The position numbers and the translations under genes were made by a program. The notes under the pieces are model-generated. The model ran no database searches, was not told the DNA's origin, and was given only the letters and a program-made list of their open reading frames with translations. Positions 8,451 through 17,387 of a DNA stretch of 64,000 nt are shown here, one piece after another (the stretch's first letter is position 1; each line of letters opens with the position of its first letter). Source of the DNA: Bacilli bacterium (GTDB taxonomy: Bacteria > Bacillota_I > Bacilli_A > RFN20 > CAG-826); assembly GCA_045130875.1 (NCBI GenBank), contig JBGUQI010000011.1:9828-73827 (forward strand), given 5' to 3'.

Positions 8451-11400
8451 TTATTTGACTAAACGTCTTCTTCTAATCACTAAGACAATACCTAATGCAG
8501 AAATCATTGTTAAGGCAGAAGCAACAATGATAATAATTGTTGCATTGCTCTTGCTAACGATACCAAATAAGGCACCAGCACCATTGGGTGTGAATGTACC
8601 AGCAGCGGCATCAAATGTTTCACCATTAGCAGCAGCCCAAGCAGCTAATCTAGCTTTCGCGGAAGCATAAGATGCATTTTCGTTGAAAATAGTTTTTTCT
8701 GAAGAACTTAAAGCGAGATATGCAGCTTTAGCATCAGCATAATAGGTTGCGCATGAACCGTTAGCGGAGTGATAGGAATACATCTTTAAGCTATCATGGA
8801 CTAAATTATTTAAGCCTTCAAAATAGGCATCGTATTCTGCTGTTAAATTGGAAATCAAGAATGAACCTTGGAAACCGAAGATACAGAAATTGAATCCAGT
8901 AACATCAGCGAAGGCGATGTTCAATGTATATGTATGTAATTGACCATCATCCACTAAATCGAGATCGAAGCAATAGTAATTTGTTCTATCTCTACTAACG
9001 AATTGAAGCATATAGGTCTTCGTAGGATCGGCGTCTTTATCAAAATACTCGCCGGTTGGAGTTAAGGAAGCGCCAACTTCAGTACCAGTACCAGTACCAG
9101 TATTTGTAATCATGTAGTTGAAGGTAACACTTCTTACAGCATGACCATAATTCTCTGCATAGTAATCGTTGCTACCAAGGTAGAATCTGAATTCACTCTT
9201 TGTGGCGGTCGAGCCAGTCTTTGTGAATAAGTAACCTGGATTACCATCGGTATCTTTTCTACAAAGCAATGTTTCTGGTGTTTGGTCAAGGCCTTTAATA
9301 GCAGTACCAGAAGCACCATTAGCTTTATATGTAGCAAGATTTCTCAAAAGGCTCTCAGATGGGAAATCATCTGGTGAAGCAACATCTAAGCCATCACGAA
9401 CTGTAGCAACATAATCTTCACCGACGTGTTTATAAGGAACATAAGAGTCAGATAAACAAGCGATTCCGGATTCGTATTTAACAGTAATCTTAGCACCAGC
9501 TAAGTAGCTGAAATATTTTGGATGGAGAATGATTTGAACACAGTCTTTATCCGTACCACCATCGTGTCCGGAGTATGTAATAACTGGTTTAGTTAATTTT
9601 GATGAAGTTGGAACGCCATCTGTATAACCATAAGCATCAAATGGGCTTAGAGCATAATCAGCGATAGCAATCTTGTCAGCAAATTCAGAGTTAATTTGAG
9701 AGATAGATTTTCCGTTAATAAAGATGTGCTCTAAGTTATACATATAAGGAGTCTTATCGGATAAGTTGTAGCCCCATCTAGTTTCATCATTAGTGAAGAG
9801 ATAAATATAACCAACACCAGTATTGGCTTCAACAAGCTGAGCATTTGTAAATGTATATTCTTTTGCTTCTTGTTCAGCAAGTTTTCCTGTACCTTCAATC
9901 AAGTAAAGGGTCTTATCATTTACTAATTTAGAAACCTTATTATCAGCATTAATCCAAGCAAAGTTCTTGGCAATTGTGACTGATTTAAGTGTTGAATCTG
10001 GAGTATAAGCTGCAAGAGCGGCTTTAGAAACATAAATAGACAAACGAATTAAGCCGTTATCTGTTCCGTGTTTTTTGAGTTCTAACAAAACAGATCTGGC
10101 ATAATTGTTACTCGCGGCTGGAGCACCAGCATCGAAATCATCACCATAAACTTGATGACCATCTCTAGTTTGCATACCGTTAATCACGGATGCTCTAACA
10201 CCATTAACTAAGATGGAGTCTAAGAGATATTCACAGTGATCAAGACACCATGTTTGTGTATATGATGAAGCTTTGATTGGAATATCGGTATAAACATTAA
10301 CTTTGTAGGATTTATTGTCGTTATGATTATCGATAAATTCACTATTACCTAAGAGGAAACTTTCATCGAATGTTTCATATTGAACATTCTTTGAATATTT
10401 CACGTGATGATAGAAGAAATCTGGTTGTGAACCATCTAAGTCAAAATCAGGTGAGAACACGATATCGTGTGCTAAACCATAATAGACACCATCTGTAGGA
10501 TTATAAGCATAGAAGTATTTGGCCTTTAATGTGATGGTAGCATCCATCCAAGAAAGGTAGTTTCTATGGATAAATAATTGCATTATTTGTGGAGAATTAA
10601 GGCTATTGCCATCTCTGATAAATTTAACAATCATTGGTCTATAGATTTTATTACTTGGGCCACCAGACACTGGCCATCTGCCACCATAACAATCTGCTTC
10701 AGCAACATCTAAATCTCTCCACTCTTCGAGTGTCTTATCACCAATGACGATACCTTTTTCAATATGAGTATAGATATCTCCACCTTCTGGTTGGGCTTCT
10801 TTTCTTCTGAATTGTCCGTAATGGTCATTTAAGAACACTTCTTTAGCGACTCCCAAAGGATTGCCTTCAGTAACATCGGCAGGATCAAAAACACCACCAT
10901 TTGTGTAGGCAACATTACCAAGGAAATCGTGACCTAAAGTAAATGTAAGGGATAAGTCATTATAATATGCTGAACTATTAAACTCATATTCAAGACTACT
11001 AAAGACTAAATCATCATCAATCGCAACATTTCCAATTGACCAGTGGTCAACTGCTTCAATTGAATGTGGCTCAATTTGTCTATGACCAAAAGTGTCTTGA
11101 GCTAAAGTGTAATAAGAAGCCGCACCACCTTGAACGTAGCTCAATGTTGGAATTCTAAAACCAGCTTTAAATTCCACTGTGTTAGCGGTTCCAGCGCCTT
11201 CTGGCATAAAAGCATAGAGTTGATGTCTAGTAAACATGTTGATATATGTTTGGCCAGAATGAACATTACGAGCAACACCATCAACGGTAAAATTGCCATA
11301 GCCGCCAATACCAGGAATGTGCACCTCTTCATCAACAGCAACCATGGGGGTGCCATCAACATCTGGGTAATCTAATGTTGTGCCATTAACGCCTTCAACC

Positions 11401-11609
11401 CAAAGCCAAATCCACTCATTGCCACTATCCCAATTAGGATTAAATGTGCCAATGTCTTTAATTCTAAATTGGCCAGCTTCGGTAGCACCATCAGCTTTTG
11501 CTGGTTCAAATGACTCAACATGATTTAAAGCTGCTGCGCCAGCACCAAAAGCTAATGCGGCAAGCACAAGACCAGAAATACCAGAAAATAATTTGGAAAA
11601 TTTTCTCAT
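8451..11609 (-). CDS. Giant membrane-anchored surface protein (family B N-terminal modules + C-terminal jelly-roll/helix/TM cassette shared with 52555..54948); function unknown
   Basis: 1052-aa ORF. Signal peptide MRKFSKLFSGISGLVLAALAFGAGAAAL. C-terminal TM plus basic tail IIIIVASALTMISALGIVLVIRRRRLVK. The last ~250 aa align with the C-terminus of 52555..54948, including an identical 18-aa/54-nt block. Confidence 0.75.
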   Translation of the reverse strand: MRKFSKLFSGISGLVLAALAFGAGAAALNHVESFEPAKADGATEAGQFRIKDIGTFNPNWDSGNEWIWLWVEGVNGTTLDYPDVDGTPMVAVDEEVHIPGIGGYGNFTVDGVARNVHSGQTYINMFTRHQLYAFMPEGAGTANTVEFKAGFRIPTLSYVQGGAASYYTLAQDTFGHRQIEPHSIEAVDHWSIGNVAIDDDLVFSSLEYEFNSSAYYNDLSLTFTLGHDFLGNVAYTNGGVFDPADVTEGNPLGVAKEVFLNDHYGQFRRKEAQPEGGDIYTHIEKGIVIGDKTLEEWRDLDVAEADCYGGRWPVSGGPSNKIYRPMIVKFIRDGNSLNSPQIMQLFIHRNYLSWMDATITLKAKYFYAYNPTDGVYYGLAHDIVFSPDFDLDGSQPDFFYHHVKYSKNVQYETFDESFLLGNSEFIDNHNDNKSYKVNVYTDIPIKASSYTQTWCLDHCEYLLDSILVNGVRASVINGMQTRDGHQVYGDDFDAGAPAASNNYARSVLLELKKHGTDNGLIRLSIYVSKAALAAYTPDSTLKSVTIAKNFAWINADNKVSKLVNDKTLYLIEGTGKLAEQEAKEYTFTNAQLVEANTGVGYIYLFTNDETRWGYNLSDKTPYMYNLEHIFINGKSISQINSEFADKIAIADYALSPFDAYGYTDGVPTSSKLTKPVITYSGHDGGTDKDCVQIILHPKYFSYLAGAKITVKYESGIACLSDSYVPYKHVGEDYVATVRDGLDVASPDDFPSESLLRNLATYKANGASGTAIKGLDQTPETLLCRKDTDGNPGYLFTKTGSTATKSEFRFYLGSNDYYAENYGHAVRSVTFNYMITNTGTGTGTEVGASLTPTGEYFDKDADPTKTYMLQFVSRDRTNYYCFDLDLVDDGQLHTYTLNIAFADVTGFNFCIFGFQGSFLISNLTAEYDAYFEGLNNLVHDSLKMYSYHSANGSCATYYADAKAAYLALSSSEKTIFNENASYASAKARLAAWAAANGETFDAAAGTFTPNGAGALFGIVSKSNATIIIIVASALTMISALGIVLVIRRRRLVK
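8578..8631 (-). repeat. 54-nt block identical to 52682..52735 (direct orientation), inside paralogous genes
   Basis: Base-by-base comparison: gcaccattgggtgtgaatgtaccagcagcggcatcaaatgtttcaccattagca is identical at both loci. It encodes ANGETFDAAAGTFTPNGA. Flanking codons differ at synonymous and non-synonymous positions. Confidence 0.95.
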
Positions 11610-11671
11610 TTTCTTAGTCGTCCAACAAAAAATTGTTAGACATACTCCTTTCGTTAAAATTTGTTACTTTA

Positions 11672-11700
11672 ATTGTAAAAAGAATAATTATTAATAGCAA
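11672..11700 (-). promoter_or_regulatory. Candidate sigma-A-type promoter for 8451..11609
   Basis: On the minus strand: TTGCTA (11700-11695), a 17-nt spacer, then TACAAT (11677-11672), about 60 nt upstream of the start codon. Confidence 0.45.
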
Positions 11701-11786
11701 GCAAGCGATAACGCGTGCGTATCAATATTAAAAAATGAAACAATAATTATGCTTTTTGAAACAAATGAGATATAAATTAATTTATA

Positions 11787-14060
11787 TTATTTCTTCTTTT
11801 TAATAACGATGAAGAGAATTAAATCCGCTGCCAAAGATAAGACTGCAAGGGAACAAATGACAATTAATGCAATAGTTAAAGCGGTTGTATTTTGTACATT
11901 ATTAGTGGTTGTCTTTGTGGCGCTCTCCCAAACTGCAGTTAGAACTAAATCTTTGGTCACTCTATTATTTATATTAAAGTGGTCACCATTTTGATCAACA
12001 TATCCTTGGAAGGCAAATCCTTCTTTTTGAGGAATCAAAACTTTCTCCACTTCTTTGACATCAGAAAGTCTGGTGTTATGCTCCACCATCACGGAGAATT
12101 CTTTATCAATATTTTTAAATTCTACGGAATAAGAATAAACATAAATACCAAAGCATTCTTTTCCAGAAGCGATTCTTAAATAGCCCACTAATTCTTCACC
12201 GGTTTCATCAACCCAATGGACAAATCTCTGTCTTTCATTATTGTCTCCTTGAGGAGCGCTTTCACTAAAGTCGAAAGTGGAACCATTAGACACTCTGATT
12301 GGATTCTTGCCATCAAACCACAATGTCCAATAAATCTTGCTATCTTCCACGAATTGTCCGTTTTGTTTACTATAGGATAAGGAAGATAAAACGTTATAAG
12401 AAACATAGCCACCATAGATTTCCATCGATATCGCGGAAGCCACTAAAGAAGGAACAGAGCATCCCTTACGAACGATAATTTCATTAACTTCATCAACACT
12501 GTTAAGTGGTACTGAAATAGATATGGTATCAGTTAAACCATCTAAATTAGCGTAAGCTTTCATCTCTTCCTGATTAAAGGAGTAGAATAAGGCTCTACCA
12601 TTAAGGTAGACATATCTAGTCATATTCTCACCTAAGGTGATAATTTCTTTATTACCTAAACCAGTATAATTGTCTTCACTTAGGCCAATATCTAATACCA
12701 CTGAATTGACATCAATCTCTTCAGTGTGAACATTGACTTTTCTAGCGGATAAGGAAGTGATTCTAATATCCGCAGCATTAAAGGCAAATTCTGATGTCGT
12801 GGACCATAAGACATATCTAAATGAACCAAGATTGACAGTAATATCATCAACCTGTTCATACCTCACTTCATTTTTAACTCCACCATTTGTGTATCTAAAA
12901 GCAGGGAATTGTGCTCCTCTTAAAATAGTGACAGAACTAATCATCTTAGCGTGATAGCTCACTTCGTTTTCATCCCAACGATTACCAATGTTGAAAACAA
13001 TGCAATTTAGTTCACCTCCAGCGTTATATGTTGGTAAACCTTTCCCGCTTAAGGGATTAGATACTTCTCTTAAGGTTAGTATCTCACCATCAACGGTCTT
13101 TAATAATACTTTTTCATACAAAGTATGAAGATAACTATCTTCCGCATCGGATAAATCAAATTTATCACGATTGACTGACACATTATATGTGCCATTTAAA
13201 TCGCTATTATAGTCATTATCTCCAAAGAAGATATAAAGACGGCAGGAACCATTATCGATATCCATCTTCTCAGTGCCATATTCATCTTCTTGGATATCAC
13301 CTCTTATTTGTAAACGATAGTCCTTAATATTAGTGTTTGGTTTAGGAGGCATAGTTTTAGAGAAAGCGGCGATAGGAAGAATCTCTGTTTCTCCAGTAGA
13401 TGGCTCATCTCCTCCATCATCATATTGAGTATAGGTTTGCTTGGTCCATTCAAAGGCATAGATGATGTTATCTTTTTCCACACCATAATCATTGTTCTTA
13501 AATGTTAATGTTTCTTTAATGACATATTTAGTGCTATGTGTGGAATCTGGATAAGGTAAAACAAATCCTTCTTCAAAAACTATCTTATAGATATCTTTAC
13601 ACTCTGGTTTCATGTTATTCAAAGTGAAGGTCACGTTTTGTGAAGCATCCGCTTTCGCGTTATAAAGTGCGGACCCACCACCTTGATAATAATAATCGAG
13701 AGTGCGGTAAGTATTCTCATTGGAATAGATACGAACCTTTGATAAATCAGTATCCACCATTTCACTTGCTGGGACCGGTTGATTAAAACCGATATCTTGA
13801 TAGAAAGAGGTATCCGGGAAGAGCATCAAATCTTTACTACGATAAGCGATGGAATAAACATCTGGACGATAATTTTCAGGAGATGTATAGGCTGGTCCTA
13901 AATCTTCACTTTGATTGGGATTATAGACACCTGGGCCTAAGTCTACATATTCAATATTCGTGGCAAAAGCCTCATTAATTTCAGAATTATGATGAAAAGC
14001 CACCACCGAAAGTGTGGTTAATAATGATCCGAGAATAATAAGAGAAATGTTCTTTTTCAT
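11787..14060 (-). CDS. Large membrane-anchored surface protein, family B modules + Listeria-Bacteroides-type (Flg_new-like) repeat + C-terminal TM anchor
   Basis: 757-aa ORF with signal peptide. Recurrent modules end in G-F/A-x-[LIF]-P (EEGFVLPYP, RGAQFPAFRY, KGCSVPSLV). GFAFQGYVDQNGDHFNINNRVTKDLVLTAVWE matches the Flg_new repeat pattern. C-terminus LIVICSLAVLSLAADLILFIVIKKKK. Starts 3 nt after the permease stop and is the last gene of the operon. Confidence 0.75.
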   Translation of the reverse strand: MKKNISLIILGSLLTTLSVVAFHHNSEINEAFATNIEYVDLGPGVYNPNQSEDLGPAYTSPENYRPDVYSIAYRSKDLMLFPDTSFYQDIGFNQPVPASEMVDTDLSKVRIYSNENTYRTLDYYYQGGGSALYNAKADASQNVTFTLNNMKPECKDIYKIVFEEGFVLPYPDSTHSTKYVIKETLTFKNNDYGVEKDNIIYAFEWTKQTYTQYDDGGDEPSTGETEILPIAAFSKTMPPKPNTNIKDYRLQIRGDIQEDEYGTEKMDIDNGSCRLYIFFGDNDYNSDLNGTYNVSVNRDKFDLSDAEDSYLHTLYEKVLLKTVDGEILTLREVSNPLSGKGLPTYNAGGELNCIVFNIGNRWDENEVSYHAKMISSVTILRGAQFPAFRYTNGGVKNEVRYEQVDDITVNLGSFRYVLWSTTSEFAFNAADIRITSLSARKVNVHTEEIDVNSVVLDIGLSEDNYTGLGNKEIITLGENMTRYVYLNGRALFYSFNQEEMKAYANLDGLTDTISISVPLNSVDEVNEIIVRKGCSVPSLVASAISMEIYGGYVSYNVLSSLSYSKQNGQFVEDSKIYWTLWFDGKNPIRVSNGSTFDFSESAPQGDNNERQRFVHWVDETGEELVGYLRIASGKECFGIYVYSYSVEFKNIDKEFSVMVEHNTRLSDVKEVEKVLIPQKEGFAFQGYVDQNGDHFNINNRVTKDLVLTAVWESATKTTTNNVQNTTALTIALIVICSLAVLSLAADLILFIVIKKKK

Positions 14061-14062
14061 AA

Positions 14063-14977
14063 TTACACCTTCAATCCCATTAATGCGATACCTTCAGTTA
14101 ATTGTTTTTGGAAGAAACCGAACAATATCGTTGTCGGTATCATCATCATAATGCCAGTGGCCATTTGACCATTTAAAATCAAGGGGTCACGTTTATCTTG
14201 GAAAGCTTCAAAAATAAGAAGTGCTAAAGTCTTTGGAGATGTGCTGGTTGTTAAATATAACAAAGGGGCACTATAGTCGTTCCATGTACCAATAAATGTG
14301 GTAACGGCTAAATATAATAAGATGGGTTTAATTAATGGAGTGATAACGGTAATCAAGATTTGGAAAGAGTTCGCACCATCAATCTTCGCGGATTCGTGTA
14401 AGCTCTTTGGAATGCCTCTCATGAACTGTCTCACTAAGAAGATGTTCATCGCACCACCACCAAACCAAATTGGAACCCATAAGGGGAATAAGGTATTAAC
14501 CCATCCAATCTTTTGATAGATGGTATATAAAGGAATAGAAGTCACTGTGCCTGGTAAGAACACTGTGGCTAAGATGATTAAAAACATTGCTCTTTGACCT
14601 TTGAAATAAACTTTAGTCAAACCGTAAGCGCAGAATGTCGCACCGGTTAAAATACCACAGATGCAGAGGATGCAGACTATTAAGGTATTGCCAATACCTT
14701 TAAAGAATGAGGCCCTCGAGAAGAAATCTTTATAACCATCTAAAGCAAAATCTTCGAGATGAGGAATGATATGTTGAGGTGCCACTGCAGCCATATTGTT
14801 TTGGAAGGAAACCACGATCATATAGACCACAGGGAACATGAAGAATAAGGCCATCAAAACTAAGATGGTATATCTTCCAATCAAACTTAAAATATGAAGA
14901 ATACGTTTCTTCTTACCATAGGTAACATCTTGAATACGAATCTTTTGCCACCTATTCATATTAATTGTCCTCCGCAT
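14063..14977 (-). CDS. Carbohydrate ABC transporter permease (MalG/AraQ-like)
   Basis: Polytopic membrane protein with EAA-loop region ESAKIDGANSFQILITVITPLIKP. Overlaps the upstream permease gene by 17 nt. Confidence 0.9.
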   Translation of the reverse strand: MRRTINMNRWQKIRIQDVTYGKKKRILHILSLIGRYTILVLMALFFMFPVVYMIVVSFQNNMAAVAPQHIIPHLEDFALDGYKDFFSRASFFKGIGNTLIVCILCICGILTGATFCAYGLTKVYFKGQRAMFLIILATVFLPGTVTSIPLYTIYQKIGWVNTLFPLWVPIWFGGGAMNIFLVRQFMRGIPKSLHESAKIDGANSFQILITVITPLIKPILLYLAVTTFIGTWNDYSAPLLYLTTSTSPKTLALLIFEAFQDKRDPLILNGQMATGIMMMIPTTILFGFFQKQLTEGIALMGLKV

Positions 14978-15902
14978 AGTAAACCCAATTACGGGAGGAT
15001 TTTAAAACGAGGAATGTGAGACCACCGATAACTAAGAACAATATCCAGCTATAAGCACTAGCTAAAGATATATCGTATTGTCCGGTATAGGCCGTTTCAT
15101 AAATCATTAAACCGACAAATCTTAAATCATTAGGTCGCCCATACTCCAAATATGTCGCATAAGAGGCAAATGATTGCAGATTAGCGATAATCGACATAAT
15201 CATGTTATAAAAAATCATTGAAGTCGATAATGGAATAGTAATATGGAATAATTGTGTGAAATAGCCCGCACCAGATAATCTCGCCTCTTCATATAAATCA
15301 TTGGGAATGTTTTTGAATTGAGCAAGCCACATAATCATACCACCCGAGAATCCCCAACCAGATAACGCAATCTGGGTTAAGAAGACGGTTTTGTTGTCGG
15401 TGTAGAATGTGAATGGATCAAATCCTAACTTTGTTAATATTAAGTTAAAATAACCAGTTTCCCTGGTAATACCATTCCACAATAAAGTGGAGGCAATCGC
15501 CGGGATTAAACATGGTAAATAGAATAAAATTCTAAAGGTCTTCATTCCTTTAATCTTTTGATTGAGGAGTAAAGCCACGATATATGAACCAATAAAGCTT
15601 ATTCCACCACAGACAAGTGTGTATCTAAAGGTGATGTAATAAGAATGGAACATATTGTTCCAATTATCCACAAAAGCGAATTTATAGTTCGCTAAAGTAA
15701 AGGAACCATAATCCATGTTTGGAGATAATAAGTCCACACGGACAAAGGAATAATATAAAGAAACTCCCATCGGTATGAAAGTAAAGATAAAGATACCTGC
15801 AAGAACAGGAATCATGTAGAGTAGATTGAAATAGTTGTCTTTAAAGTATTTCTTTCTACTGCTTAACTTTCGAGCGGTTAATATGGAGTTTCTTTTCTTC
15901 AT
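14961..15902 (-). CDS. Carbohydrate ABC transporter permease (MalF/UgpA-like)
   Basis: Six predicted TM segments; EAA loop EEARLSGAGYFTQLFHITIPL. Directly follows the SBP gene. Confidence 0.9.
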   Translation of the reverse strand: MKKRNSILTARKLSSRKKYFKDNYFNLLYMIPVLAGIFIFTFIPMGVSLYYSFVRVDLLSPNMDYGSFTLANYKFAFVDNWNNMFHSYYITFRYTLVCGGISFIGSYIVALLLNQKIKGMKTFRILFYLPCLIPAIASTLLWNGITRETGYFNLILTKLGFDPFTFYTDNKTVFLTQIALSGWGFSGGMIMWLAQFKNIPNDLYEEARLSGAGYFTQLFHITIPLSTSMIFYNMIMSIIANLQSFASYATYLEYGRPNDLRFVGLMIYETAYTGQYDISLASAYSWILFLVIGGLTFLVLKSSRNWVYYAEDN

Positions 15903-15903
15903 C

Positions 15904-17382
15904 CTATGCGTCCCTTAACGCTTTGTTTGTATCGTTAATAGCTTTAGTTAATAAATCGTTATAAGAAGTGGTTTTGGGAGAAAATAAATCTCTAAAGAAT
16001 GGAGTTATGCACTCTTTTCTTAAAGCATTACGTGCAGCTGGATTAGCAAAGCAGAAGGTATCTAAGAGTAATTCTTTAGCGGTGGAGAACGCTAAATTAT
16101 CAATCTTACCATCATAAGAAGTAACCCATTTACCTTCAGTGGCTAATTCCTTTAAAACGGGTTGAACATAGCCTTCTTTACCAGCGGCATTTTGGCCTTC
16201 TTTAGAAATGATATATTTAATGAAATCCCAACAGAGATCAACGGTCTTAGCTTCTTCACCAGAAGTGAGTTTTTGCACTTGGTTAGCTTTATCCACCAAG
16301 ATGCCATAACCACCACAACCGGCAGCGACATATTCAGCGGGAAAATTAACCGCACCTAATTCGAGATTCACTTTTTTATAAGCACCAAAGAAGTTACCAA
16401 CTTCAGGATAGGAAACCATAACGCAAAAGACGTTGTGGAGTTTGAAATTATCATTACCATAATCGGTATCGATCATATATGGGTGAGCATTTTTACCAAA
16501 ATCAGTAATGATTTTATTGTAGGCCGCGATATTTGCATCACTACCGAGGTTCACTACTGTTTCACCATAGTCATTCATCGCGAAGATACCATCTCCACCA
16601 AGCTCTTTCATAATCGTGGTATAAACAGGTTCCCAGGTGTGGTTAAGTTCACAAGCTCTATAACCTAAGTCACCATTGGAATTTAAGGTTGCACATTTAT
16701 CAGAGATGTTTTGTAAGGCTTTGACAAAGGTGGTCCAATTCCATTCAGTACCTTCACCTATTCTTGTGAACAAGTTCTTTAAGGAGTCTTTATTCCAATT
16801 AGCCTTTTCTTCTTCAGTGGCAAATTGTTCTTTAAATAAAGAAACATTGCATAATAATGCCGGCATATTATATTCACGAGGAGCGAAATAGACACCATAT
16901 TGAGGATCGTTACTCTTCTCACATTCATAAGGCCCAGTATAACTTTCTGTGGGTCTAAATTCCCCATAGAAAGATGTTAAATCTAACATTGTGGAATAAT
17001 AATTTGAATAATCTGTTTCTGGGAAAGCTTCATAATAAGGTCTTAAGTCAACGAAGTTCTTCTTTTGCGCTAGATTAGCGGTGGTATCATCCGTGGTATA
17101 GATGATATTAGTCAAAGCATTTCTATTTAAAGCATTCTTCATGACATATTCTTCCGAAGAACCTTCCACACCACCCCAACCAGAGACATTGATTCTCACA
17201 TTGGGATGTGTTTCTTCATATTCCTTCTTCCAAATGTTAAGCATTTCTTGCTCAGACACCAAACTTCTTGCAGAAATAGAGATTTCAAATTTGTCTTTCT
17301 TTTTGCTACATCCTGTTAGTCCTCCAACAGCGCATATTGCTGCAAGAGCGACTCCAAATACTAGTTTTTGTTTCATATTCAT
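15904..17382 (-). CDS. Sugar ABC transporter solute-binding lipoprotein (family 1)
   Basis: Lipobox GGLTGC-SKKK. 492 aa. Immediately upstream of two CUT1 permease genes. Confidence 0.85.
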   Translation of the reverse strand: MNMKQKLVFGVALAAICAVGGLTGCSKKKDKFEISISARSLVSEQEMLNIWKKEYEETHPNVRINVSGWGGVEGSSEEYVMKNALNRNALTNIIYTTDDTTANLAQKKNFVDLRPYYEAFPETDYSNYYSTMLDLTSFYGEFRPTESYTGPYECEKSNDPQYGVYFAPREYNMPALLCNVSLFKEQFATEEEKANWNKDSLKNLFTRIGEGTEWNWTTFVKALQNISDKCATLNSNGDLGYRACELNHTWEPVYTTIMKELGGDGIFAMNDYGETVVNLGSDANIAAYNKIITDFGKNAHPYMIDTDYGNDNFKLHNVFCVMVSYPEVGNFFGAYKKVNLELGAVNFPAEYVAAGCGGYGILVDKANQVQKLTSGEEAKTVDLCWDFIKYIISKEGQNAAGKEGYVQPVLKELATEGKWVTSYDGKIDNLAFSTAKELLLDTFCFANPAARNALRKECITPFFRDLFSPKTTSYNDLLTKAINDTNKALRDA

Positions 17383-17387
17383 TCCTC

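Noticed and set aside
9081-9102. Hexanucleotide tandem repeat (agtacc x3.7) encoding a TGTGTGT linker in 8451..11609; considered as a slipped-strand phase-variation site.
   Set aside because: The unit length is a multiple of three, so slippage cannot switch the frame. The copy number is low. At most it would vary linker length.
11614-11643. 9-codon upstream ORF (MSNNFLLDD*). It is preceded by AAAGGAG and ends 4 nt before the start of 8451..11609, whose own ATG lacks an obvious SD. This could indicate translational coupling through a leader peptide.
   Set aside because: The GGAG-to-ATG spacing for the uORF is only ~1 nt, too short for normal initiation. With no comparative data it cannot be told apart from chance. 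It remains unresolved rather than supported.
11770-11787. Perfect 18-nt palindrome ATATAAATTAATTTATAT at the stop of 11787..14060; considered as the operon terminator.
   Set aside because: It is an A/T-only stem with negligible stability and no following U-tract. It is expected by chance in AT-rich intergenic DNA.
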